From NCBI GenBank assembly GCA_947259885.1, contig CAMYNW010000012.1, positions 74,769 through 138,768 of the forward strand: a stretch of DNA of 64,000 nucleotides, given 5' to 3'. The stretch comes from an uncultured Gammaproteobacteria bacterium. GTDB taxonomy: Bacteria; Pseudomonadota; Gammaproteobacteria; Arenicellales; Poriferihabitantaceae. The position numbers and the translations under genes were made by a program. Numbering within the stretch: the stretch's first letter is position 1; each line of letters begins with the position of its first letter. Shown here piece after piece: positions 55,117 to 63,041 of this stretch. Below the pieces are notes generated by a model. It saw nothing but the letters and a program-made list of their open reading frames with translations, made no database searches and was not told the origin of the DNA.

Positions 55117-55133
55117 GTGGGATTTTTTCCCAC
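55117..55133. promoter_or_regulatory. Perfect 17-bp palindrome GTGGGA-TTTTT-TCCCAC (second copy of the putative operator)
   Basis: It is centred 41 nt upstream of the ATG at 55166. The flanks are also similar to the first copy (TGTGGGA...TCCCACRTCA). Confidence 0.55.
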
Positions 55134-55165
55134 ATCATTAACTTATAACTTTAAAGGGGGCTCCC

Positions 55166-55828
55166 ATGCAACTTAACTTTATCCAGCGCGCCGTCTCGGC
55201 GCTCATCATTACACTTTTTTCCCTGATCCTTGTAGTTGGATGCAGTGGAAGCAGTGACTCAACCACTGGAAGTGGTGGTGCGCTTGCAAGTAAATCCAGT
55301 ATTTCCGGTAATGTCAGTAGTGGCGTCTCTTTGTATCAGCAAGAACTGCCTGACGGCGGTTTATTGGCGGCGATCTCACGTATCGTGATACCGCCGGCAT
55401 TTGCCGCTGCGGTAGCGGGTGTCGAAGTGCAGTTACTGCTAAACGGTGCGGTTGTAGACAGTCAGATCACTGATAGCTCTGGAAATTTTTTGTTTAGTAA
55501 CCTGCCGTCTGGCAGCTACTCTCTTCGTTTAATGATGGATGGACAAAGTGTGGGAGAGTCGCCGGCGATATCCCTCGATCCAAATACCAAAACTGAGCTT
55601 GAGCTGATGCTTGACGGTAGCCTGATCAACATGAAGGTAGACGCCTCTGACGATCAGATTTCGGGTAATGTCGAGTCCAATGACTCCGATAACAGTCCTG
55701 ATGACATGCAGAGTGACGATGATTCCGAGGATAATGATTCGGATGATGAATCCGAAGATGATGACTCTGAAGACGATAATTCTGAAGATGACAACTCTAG
55801 TGACAACGATAAACCCACTGTCAGTTAA
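55166..55828 (+). CDS. Lipoprotein with a carboxypeptidase-regulatory-like beta-sandwich and a poly-acidic C-terminal tail
   Basis: It has the lipobox LVVGC and a Ser/Gly linker. The pattern VEVQLLLNGAVVDSQITDSSGNFLFSNLPSGSYSLRL is typical of CarboxypepD_reg-like domains. The tail is DDQISGNVESNDSDNSPDDMQSDDDSEDNDSDDESEDDDSEDDNSEDDNSSDND. Confidence 0.65.
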   Translation: MQLNFIQRAVSALIITLFSLILVVGCSGSSDSTTGSGGALASKSSISGNVSSGVSLYQQELPDGGLLAAISRIVIPPAFAAAVAGVEVQLLLNGAVVDSQITDSSGNFLFSNLPSGSYSLRLMMDGQSVGESPAISLDPNTKTELELMLDGSLINMKVDASDDQISGNVESNDSDNSPDDMQSDDDSEDNDSDDESEDDDSEDDNSEDDNSSDNDKPTVS

Positions 55829-55851
55829 TCGATCACGATAGAGCTCTAGCA

Positions 55852-56658
55852 GTGAAGCAAAGCGTCGCACTGTCCGACCAGGGCCGTAATGGCTTACTCA
55901 GTTCGGCGGTGTTTCTATTGGACTGGAGGCATCGCCCCCTTTTGATTATTTTCCTTGGTTGTCTTAGCATAGAAATCGCTCTGGTTATTCTCGATTTGTC
56001 GATAAACTGGTATAAATGGAGTGAAACCAGTGCGATTAGAAGGCTATTTAACATTACCAGGGAGGACGGACTTGCATCACTTTTTGCTGTACTGCAAACC
56101 GTCGCGGTAGCCTCAGTCCTATGGTTGACCTGGTTTTTGACGCGAGCTGCCAAAGCAGAAAAGCGTAATCAAACCGGATGGCTAATAGTGGCATTGTTCC
56201 TCAGCTATATTGCGATAGATGATGGCGCTATGGTTCATGAACGCATTGGTACGGCATTCCAGCAAAACAATGGTGGAATCAGCCTAGTGAGTTATGGGTG
56301 GCAGTATGTGATGGGCCCGATATTTGCCCTCATGGGCATCATTATGTTCGGTTTTTTGTGGAGGCAGGGAAATAACGCGATACGGCGTGACTGGCTGGTA
56401 ATAGCGTTTGCGTGCATGGGGACCGCGATATTGCTGGATTTTTTTGAGGGCATGGAAAATGGGTACCAGGTTCTGGTGAACATGACCGGATGGCGAACTA
56501 AAACCATTACCCATTTTGCAAAATCTTTCGAGGAGTTTCTGGAAATGCTTGGGATGAGTATTTTTTTGGTATTATTTCTTCATCACTTCGGATATCTCGC
56601 AGGGCGATTAGAGATTCGCATCGTGGGTGGTAAGATTTCCGTGACAAAAAACAAGTAA
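55852..56658 (+). CDS. Hypothetical polytopic inner-membrane protein
   Basis: 268 aa with a GTG start and no upstream ATG. It has about 6-7 hydrophobic spans and lies 23 nt after the acidic lipoprotein gene. Confidence 0.5.
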   Translation: MKQSVALSDQGRNGLLSSAVFLLDWRHRPLLIIFLGCLSIEIALVILDLSINWYKWSETSAIRRLFNITREDGLASLFAVLQTVAVASVLWLTWFLTRAAKAEKRNQTGWLIVALFLSYIAIDDGAMVHERIGTAFQQNNGGISLVSYGWQYVMGPIFALMGIIMFGFLWRQGNNAIRRDWLVIAFACMGTAILLDFFEGMENGYQVLVNMTGWRTKTITHFAKSFEEFLEMLGMSIFLVLFLHHFGYLAGRLEIRIVGGKISVTKNK

Positions 56659-56677
56659 CGCTGACCAAACACTAGGG

Positions 56678-57538
56678 TTAGTCGAGAAACAATTTCGACC
56701 ATTTTTTGAAATCCTCGGCACGGGTAAACTCATCAATAAACCGACTATCCGGGACACCATCAAGATCAGCCGGCGCGCTCCCCTGCCGAAGTGCTTTTAA
56801 CGTTTTATAAACCGCCTGCATGCCGGCCATGATCGGCTGATGACCCTGAAGACTGATCCGCACTCCCCTGTCTGCTAAGGAAGTAAGGTCCATCATATCG
56901 TGGGAAGCACCGCCTAGAATTAATGGCAATCGACAGACTTCCGCGACTTGATCCAGCTGCTCCGCCTGCTTAATCCCGATCAGAAAAATCGCGTCCACAC
57001 CTGTCTCCTGGTATGCGCGAATTCTTTCGATGGCATCGTCAACGCCGTTGATTGATACTGCACTGGTGCGGGCCGCAATGACCAGGGAGGAATCCTGTCG
57101 CCCCGCGACAGCGGCCTTCATTTTTCCGACCCCTTCCTCTACAGAAATCAATCGGCTTTTACCCTCGGTGCCAAATGGCCACGGCAAATCAGTATCCTCG
57201 ATAGACAAAGCGGATACGCCTGCGGTCTCAAGCTCTTCAACCGTTCTCTTCACATTCAGTGCATTGCCATAGCCGTGATCGGCGTCGACCAGAAGCGGCA
57301 AATTGCAGGCTCTGTTAATCCTGTATGCCTGCTCGGCAAACTCGCTTAAGGTCAAAACGATCAGGTCAGGATCGCCCAGTACCGTCAGTGACGCCACCGA
57401 GCCGGCGAACATTCCGGCTTCGAAACCTAACGACTCGGCCATGCGCGCCGAAACAGGATCAAAAACTGAACCCGGGTGGATACACTGGTTACGAGCCAGT
57501 TGCTGTCTAAACTTTTCGCGTCTGTTATTCCAATTCAT
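56678..57538 (-). CDS. Isocitrate lyase / PEP mutase superfamily protein (oxaloacetate decarboxylase / 2-methylisocitrate lyase-like)
   Basis: 286 aa with the superfamily motifs PGSVFDPVSARMAE, LLVDADHGYGNALN and SIEDT. Confidence 0.75.
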   Translation of the reverse strand: MNWNNRREKFRQQLARNQCIHPGSVFDPVSARMAESLGFEAGMFAGSVASLTVLGDPDLIVLTLSEFAEQAYRINRACNLPLLVDADHGYGNALNVKRTVEELETAGVSALSIEDTDLPWPFGTEGKSRLISVEEGVGKMKAAVAGRQDSSLVIAARTSAVSINGVDDAIERIRAYQETGVDAIFLIGIKQAEQLDQVAEVCRLPLILGGASHDMMDLTSLADRGVRISLQGHQPIMAGMQAVYKTLKALRQGSAPADLDGVPDSRFIDEFTRAEDFKKWSKLFLD

Positions 57539-57592
57539 CGGCCTACCTTTTCAAAAATATTTTTCCACTCGGCCAAAGTATAAACCAGACGT

Positions 57593-58525
57593 CTAACTTG
57601 CGGTCGCAAGACACCCAGTCATTCCGCTGACAAGCCCCTGCATTAAGCGAAACCACATTTCCCGGCCGGGTTTAATCTCGACGCCTAGTGGGTCGAGCAT
57701 TCCAATTCGAACATCAGTGTCTTCGACCAGAATGTTTACAGCATCCGAGCTGAATTGAGGTTCGGTAAATATACAGTTTACGTCATCGGCCTGCAGCCGA
57801 TGCCGTAATTCTCGGAGGTGTTTTGCTCCGGGTGGTCTTTCGGGATCGATCGTGACCGATGCGGAGGCGGTCAGTCCGAAATCGTGTTCAAAGTACTGGT
57901 AGGCGTCATGAAATACCATGAACTTTAAATCTCTTATTGGCGCAAGTTCAGCCTCTGCCTTTGCTCGCCAGCCCGCTATCTCTGCGTTGAGCGCCTGGGC
58001 GTTTCGGTGATAGTGCGGTGCGTTGGATCGGTCATGCTCGATCAGCCATTGCGCGACGGTATTAACGATGATTGATGCATTTATTGATGACAGCCATATA
58101 TGAGGATCGACAGTTGTTTGACTACCGGGTTGAACCCCGTCGTCATCTTTTTGATCCTGGTCACCGTGCTCATGCATCGCGCTGGCCGGTCGAATCTGGC
58201 GCAGCCGCATTCCCTCTGCCGCCAGCAGAGATATTTTACGATCCGGCTCCAGCCCATCAAGAGCCTTGACCAGACTCCCTTCCAGTGGCGGTCCGACCCA
58301 TACCACCAGATCGGCAGAGAGCAAGGACCGCACCGTTGAAGGAGGAAGGCTGCCAGAATGGGGCGACCGATTGGACTTTAGCAGCAGCTCAGCGCTGGCG
58401 ACACCATGCATCACGCCCTGCACTAACGAATGCACCGGCGCAATAGAAACGGCCACTCGCGGCGCAGCATTGAGAATGGTAAATGGCGCCACGACCAACA
58501 GTATTGTCAGGAGAAATCGTGTCAA
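57593..58525 (-). CDS. znuA: Zinc ABC transporter periplasmic binding protein
   Basis: It has a cluster-9 SBP layout, the His/Asp-rich loop HEHGDQDQKDDDG, DPHIW and FHDAYQYF. It is divergent from zur-znuCB. The start is TTG and uncertain. Confidence 0.85.
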   Translation of the reverse strand: MTRFLLTILLVVAPFTILNAAPRVAVSIAPVHSLVQGVMHGVASAELLLKSNRSPHSGSLPPSTVRSLLSADLVVWVGPPLEGSLVKALDGLEPDRKISLLAAEGMRLRQIRPASAMHEHGDQDQKDDDGVQPGSQTTVDPHIWLSSINASIIVNTVAQWLIEHDRSNAPHYHRNAQALNAEIAGWRAKAEAELAPIRDLKFMVFHDAYQYFEHDFGLTASASVTIDPERPPGAKHLRELRHRLQADDVNCIFTEPQFSSDAVNILVEDTDVRIGMLDPLGVEIKPGREMWFRLMQGLVSGMTGCLATAS

Positions 58526-58556
58526 TGAGAGGTGGCGAAAGACTATTTGGAAATTG

Positions 58557-58571
58557 TGTTATATTATAACA
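58557..58571. promoter_or_regulatory. Zur box (TGTTATA-T-TATAACA)
   Basis: It is a perfect 7-1-7 palindrome of the TGTTATAnTATAACA type in the znuA / zur divergent intergenic region. Confidence 0.75.
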
Positions 58572-58601
58572 TAATAATTTTAATTCTCTGCCGACCATTC
58601 C

Positions 58602-59087
58602 ATGAGCATCGATAGCATTGCAGGACCGTTCCAACCCGGACATAACCATAAAGTCTGTATTCGGGATGCGATGAATATTGCGGAACAATTGTGTCAGTCT
58701 AAAGATCTGCGTCTGACAAAAATACGTAAGCGTGTTCTTGAGCTGGTATGGACTGGACACGAGCCCGCGACGGCTTATCAGCTTCTCAAGAAATTACGGG
58801 CCGAGAGAGAAAACGCGGAACCCCCGACGGTCTACCGAGCACTCGATTTTCTGGTCGAACACAATCTGGTGCATCGAATCGAGTCGCTCAACGCATTTAT
58901 AGGCTGCGATCATCCAGAGAGCGAACATGTCAGCCAGTTCTTGATCTGTTCTCACTGCAATCAGGTTGCGGAACTGGATGATTCAGTGACGATTAACAAT
59001 GCGGTATCCGAAGAAGCAAACAGACTTGGCTTTAGAGTTTCAGATCAAACTGTTGAAATAATGGGGCTTTGTGCAGCATGTCAGTAG
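58602..59087 (+). CDS. zur: Zinc uptake regulator (Fur family)
   Basis: 161 aa with a winged-helix region (TVYRALDFLVEHNLVHRI) and CxxC pairs (CSHC, CAAC). It lies directly upstream of znuC. Confidence 0.85.
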   Translation: MSIDSIAGPFQPGHNHKVCIRDAMNIAEQLCQSKDLRLTKIRKRVLELVWTGHEPATAYQLLKKLRAERENAEPPTVYRALDFLVEHNLVHRIESLNAFIGCDHPESEHVSQFLICSHCNQVAELDDSVTINNAVSEEANRLGFRVSDQTVEIMGLCAACQ

Positions 59088-59851
59088 ACGACCTTAATCA
59101 GGTAAAGACAGCGGAAATATTGCTTGAGCTGAGCGACATATCGGTCGCCCACGATCAGACACCAATTATCGAACATATTGATCTGACCCTTCATCGAGGT
59201 GAGATCGTCACTGTAATTGGACCCAATGGTGCCGGTAAAAGCACCCTGATCAAAACCGCCTTGGGGATCATCCGCCCTGACCAAGGAAGAGTGAAGCGGC
59301 TGGGGTCATTATCCGTCGGCTATGTCCCACAAACTGTAACGCTGGATTCCGCGCTGCCGTTGAAGGTATTACGCTTTTTGAGATTGTCATCTAATGCGGG
59401 CCGTGACGAACTGATACACGCTTTGTCTCAGGTGGGCGCTGACGGATCGCTCGATGCATCCATGCATATTCTTTCCAGCGGCGAACTGCGTCGCGTCCTG
59501 CTTGCCCGGGCATTGTTGAAAAAACCGGACATCCTGATTTTGGATGAACCTACAGCGGGCGTGGATATTACCGGACAGGCAGCGCTATATCACTTGATTC
59601 AACAGATCCGCGATCAGTATCAATGCGGGGTGTTACTGGTATCCCATGATCTGCATATCGTCATGGCTGCAACCGACCGAGTGTTCTGCCTTAACCGGCA
59701 TCTGTGTTGTTCCGGTGCCCCGGAACAGGTGCGAGAACACCCCGAATATCTGGCGATATTTGGACCACAGGCGCCGGCTGAAATAGGCATCTATCGACAC
59801 CATCATGATCACGACCATGACCTGCACGGAGATGTTTGCGACTATGGATGA
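59078..59851 (+). CDS. znuC: Zinc ABC transporter ATPase
   Basis: It has Walker A GPNGAGKST, the signature LSSGE and Walker B ILILDEP, plus a His-rich C-terminus HHHDHDHDLHGD. Its ATG at 59078 overlaps the zur stop. Confidence 0.88.
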   Translation: MSVDDLNQVKTAEILLELSDISVAHDQTPIIEHIDLTLHRGEIVTVIGPNGAGKSTLIKTALGIIRPDQGRVKRLGSLSVGYVPQTVTLDSALPLKVLRFLRLSSNAGRDELIHALSQVGADGSLDASMHILSSGELRRVLLARALLKKPDILILDEPTAGVDITGQAALYHLIQQIRDQYQCGVLLVSHDLHIVMAATDRVFCLNRHLCCSGAPEQVREHPEYLAIFGPQAPAEIGIYRHHHDHDHDLHGDVCDYG

Positions 59852-60650
59852 GTTTCTGCTGCGTGCCCTGATCGGTGGCATCCTGGTGGCGTTGGTGAGT
59901 GCACCGCTTGGTTGCCTGGTGGTATGGCAGCGTATGGCCTATTTCGGCTCTACACTTTCCCATGCGGCGTTACTCGGCATTGCTCTGGGTCTGCTGTTGG
60001 AACTAGATGTGCGCCTGACGATACTGCTGGTTTCTGTGTTGATCGCTTTACTGCTGATGGTCATTCAGCGCTTTCGCACCCTCAGCAGTGACACAATATT
60101 GGGCATACTGGCCCATGCTTCCCTTGCGTTTGGTTTGCTGGCGCTGTCGATGATGCCCACTCTGCGTGTCGATCTGATGGCATATCTGTTTGGCGATATA
60201 CTGACTATTAACTGGCAGGATATTCGGTGGATAGCGGGCGGTGGAATCCTGATTACCGTTGTATTGATAAAAATCTGGAAGCCACTCCTTTCAACTATTA
60301 TCCATGCCGACCTCGCTGGCGTCGACGGCTACAACCGTGAGCGGTTACAACTTGTTTTTCTGCTGTTGTTGAGTATCGCGGTGGCGGTATCGATGCAGGT
60401 CGTGGGGCTGCTTTTGATCGTATCGCTGCTGATCATTCCCGCTGCTACAGCGCGCATGTTCTCCAGCTCACCGGAACAAATGTTGGGTTGGGCCGCCGCT
60501 GTGGGGGTGCTCGCGGTGATCAGCGGTTTAGGCATGTCGATGACGCTGGACACCCCGGCCGGACCTTCTATCGTCGCCTGTGGCAGCGTGTTCTTCTTTT
60601 TAAGTCTAATAGGATCGAGTGTCGGCGCTTTCGGCACAAATAGCCACTGA
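59844..60650 (+). CDS. znuB: Zinc ABC transporter permease
   Basis: 268 aa from the ATG at 59844, which overlaps the znuC stop by 8 nt. It is polytopic with a ZnuB-type sequence (MDEFLLRALIGG...). Confidence 0.88.
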   Translation: MDEFLLRALIGGILVALVSAPLGCLVVWQRMAYFGSTLSHAALLGIALGLLLELDVRLTILLVSVLIALLLMVIQRFRTLSSDTILGILAHASLAFGLLALSMMPTLRVDLMAYLFGDILTINWQDIRWIAGGGILITVVLIKIWKPLLSTIIHADLAGVDGYNRERLQLVFLLLLSIAVAVSMQVVGLLLIVSLLIIPAATARMFSSSPEQMLGWAAAVGVLAVISGLGMSMTLDTPAGPSIVACGSVFFFLSLIGSSVGAFGTNSH

Positions 60651-60658
60651 CCACTCGA

Positions 60659-61237
60659 TCACTTACGCACAATCTTCCACCCGGTGATCATCGCCTTCAC
60701 CAGGTTTTCTCGTTTCCAAAGTAGATAAAAAAGTATCGCCGAGATGTGTAGAAGAACAACAATAAGAACAGCTTTTGATGACAGTTGGTGATACGCGGTT
60801 AGAGTGGTTCTTGTTGAACCGGATACCATGCTCGCCAGCGGTCCGTCGAAGAACAATGCATCATCTTCTGAAAACAATCCAGTCAAGACCTGCACGCTTA
60901 GCAGTACCAGCATCAGAATCACTGAAACAGCGCCGACTGGGTTGTGACCCGCAGCTCCGCTTGGTTCTCGTCGGAGCATTTTTCCAGCATACTTTTTCAA
61001 TGTTGAAGGAGTAACCGCCAGCGCGCGAAAGCGTACTGGCGGTGGTCCGATAAAACCCCAGACAATCCGAAACAGTATTAATATGCCCGTGGTATACCCA
61101 GCATAAATATGCCACTGCATAGTACTGAAACTGCGAAATTCTCCGAGCAGCCAGCCGGAGACCACGCTGAACACCAGCATCCAGTGCCAGATCCGTATTG
61201 CCGGGTCCCAGACCTTCTGAGGTTCGAATCTGGACAT
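60659..61237 (-). CDS. Cytochrome b561-family membrane protein
   Basis: It has four TM helices with conserved His residues (IRIWHW, WHIYAGY, HQLSSK, LLHISA). The ATG at 61237 is preferred; alternatives lie at 61267 (ATG) and 61309 (TTG). Confidence 0.7.
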   Translation of the reverse strand: MSRFEPQKVWDPAIRIWHWMLVFSVVSGWLLGEFRSFSTMQWHIYAGYTTGILILFRIVWGFIGPPPVRFRALAVTPSTLKKYAGKMLRREPSGAAGHNPVGAVSVILMLVLLSVQVLTGLFSEDDALFFDGPLASMVSGSTRTTLTAYHQLSSKAVLIVVLLHISAILFYLLWKRENLVKAMITGWKIVRK

Positions 61238-61333
61238 GCCAGCACTACTATCGTTGTCCTGACCCATTTTTCTAATGCACTGGATACGATCCAGAATTTC
61301 AGGCTCCAATAATCCTTGAGGAAAATCTCCGCT

Positions 61334-61822
61334 TTAGAAATCCTCGGCCCTATAATCTTCGTGACAGCTGTCGCACGCTTCCCCAACTGCGCCGATTTCT
61401 CCACGCAAAGCATCCAGGCCATCACCAGCTACCAGGGAAAGGCCCAGTGCGGCGTCTTTTAGTGTCTGTGCTTTATCGCCAATGTTGGAATCTGCGGCCC
61501 AGATTTCAGGCTGCGCACGGGTCTTGCCTTTACGCGCGGTGTTGTCCGATTCCGGCAGCCACATCATGCCGTTGTTGAGTTCTGTTACCGCCACCAGGTT
61601 ATTTGCCAGTGTAGCCGCAAGGTCCGCATTGTATTCCTGCTCGCCCTTTGCCATGGCGAAAAGCTGACCCGCATAAAAACTATACAGACGAAACCCGGCC
61701 TGCCGGGCTTTGATCGCCTGCGCAACCGCGTCATCATCTGCCGCCTGCGCCATCGGTAGCGCGGCCAGGCTCGCACATGAAATCAGTATGCCTATGAAAA
61801 TATTCTTGAATCGCTTCGTCAT
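61334..61822 (-). CDS. Cytochrome c' (class II c-type cytochrome)
   Basis: It has a signal peptide, a four-helix-bundle-like sequence and a C-terminal haem motif CDSCHEDYR. Confidence 0.8.
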   Translation of the reverse strand: MTKRFKNIFIGILISCASLAALPMAQAADDDAVAQAIKARQAGFRLYSFYAGQLFAMAKGEQEYNADLAATLANNLVAVTELNNGMMWLPESDNTARKGKTRAQPEIWAADSNIGDKAQTLKDAALGLSLVAGDGLDALRGEIGAVGEACDSCHEDYRAEDF

Positions 61823-61922
61823 CAGATAGTTCCTTGAATGGTTTGAGTGTTTGTTCAGGCGAAATGTAGCATAATGTAAATTTACAACAAACTAACTTTT
61901 TTCGCACCTTAAGAGGGCAAAT

Positions 61923-62819
61923 TTGCACAAGTCTAAGATAGACTGGGACAACCTGCGCTACGTCCTTAAAGTCGCACAGACCGGGACCATTGCGGCAGCG
62001 GCCGCCGCCTTGTCTGTAAATCGCACGACGGTCCTGCGGCGCATAAATCAGTTCGAGCAGGATCTCGACTACCAGCTATTCGATCGACGCGGATCTCGCT
62101 ACGCCCTTGCACCCGGAGCTGAGCAATTGTTGACTGCGGCAATGAAAGTTGAAAAAACGGTGGATGATCTGTATCGACAGATCCAAGGGAAGGCAATACA
62201 ACTCGAGGGAAACCTGAGAATCACCACTACGGACGCGTTGCTGGTGTCCACCATTGCACCGCATCTAGAATCATTTCGCGCATTGCACCCACAAATAAAA
62301 CTGGAGCTGGTAATCACGAGCCACCAGCTCAGTCTTTCGAAACGGGATGCCGATGTCGCCATCCGCCCCGGCAAGAGCATCCCAGACAATCTTGTAGGCA
62401 ATAAAATCGGAGTCATGCAATTCGGAATTTTCGGAAGCACTAAGTATTTGCAGTCACATCAATCAAAAAAACTGAACCAGCATCGATGGCTCGGTGTGGA
62501 CAGCCCCGTATTGCAGTCGCCGCCGGGGCAGTGGATCACGGCGCATATACCCGAACATTGCTTCTGTCTTAAAGCGGATTCATTTATGGTCCTGCGGACT
62601 GCTGCAGAGAACAATATGGGACTGTGCCTGCTGCCTATTAAGCTTGGCAAACAGTCGAAATCTTTATTGCAGGTATTTCCCGGGCAACCGGAAATCACCA
62701 ATAACTTGTGGATCGTGACTCACCCCGATCTTGCGCGATCCGCTAGAGTGCATGCCTTTATGCAGCATATTTGCGGCCTGATGGGCGATAAGGATATACA
62801 AGACCCAAAGGTTAGCTAG
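61923..62819 (+). CDS. LysR-family transcriptional regulator
   Basis: It has an N-terminal HTH (LRYVLKVAQTGTIAAAAAALSVNRTTVLRRINQFE) followed by a substrate-binding domain. The start is TTG and there is no nearby ATG. Confidence 0.85.
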   Translation: MHKSKIDWDNLRYVLKVAQTGTIAAAAAALSVNRTTVLRRINQFEQDLDYQLFDRRGSRYALAPGAEQLLTAAMKVEKTVDDLYRQIQGKAIQLEGNLRITTTDALLVSTIAPHLESFRALHPQIKLELVITSHQLSLSKRDADVAIRPGKSIPDNLVGNKIGVMQFGIFGSTKYLQSHQSKKLNQHRWLGVDSPVLQSPPGQWITAHIPEHCFCLKADSFMVLRTAAENNMGLCLLPIKLGKQSKSLLQVFPGQPEITNNLWIVTHPDLARSARVHAFMQHICGLMGDKDIQDPKVS

Positions 62820-63041
62820 AGCACTGATCAGCAATCAACTACTTCAAATTGCATGGTTCACTAAACACCGCGACCTTACGAATGTTGGATCGAACTTACC
62901 AAACTCGATCTCTCTCACTATGCAACCGATGACGATTGCGACGTAATTCTGCGTAGTGATAAATTTTCAATCGTTAGAAAATTTATTCTTGCGCAGAGGA
63001 TTACGATAGGAACGTTGGACACTGGCCAGCTAATCCAGCAA

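Noticed and set aside
55529-55870. 113-aa minus-strand ORF overlapping the acidic tail of the lipoprotein at 55166-55828
   Set aside because: It is an antisense reading of the Asp/Glu/Ser repeat (Ile/Val/Arg-rich low complexity), so it is an artefact.
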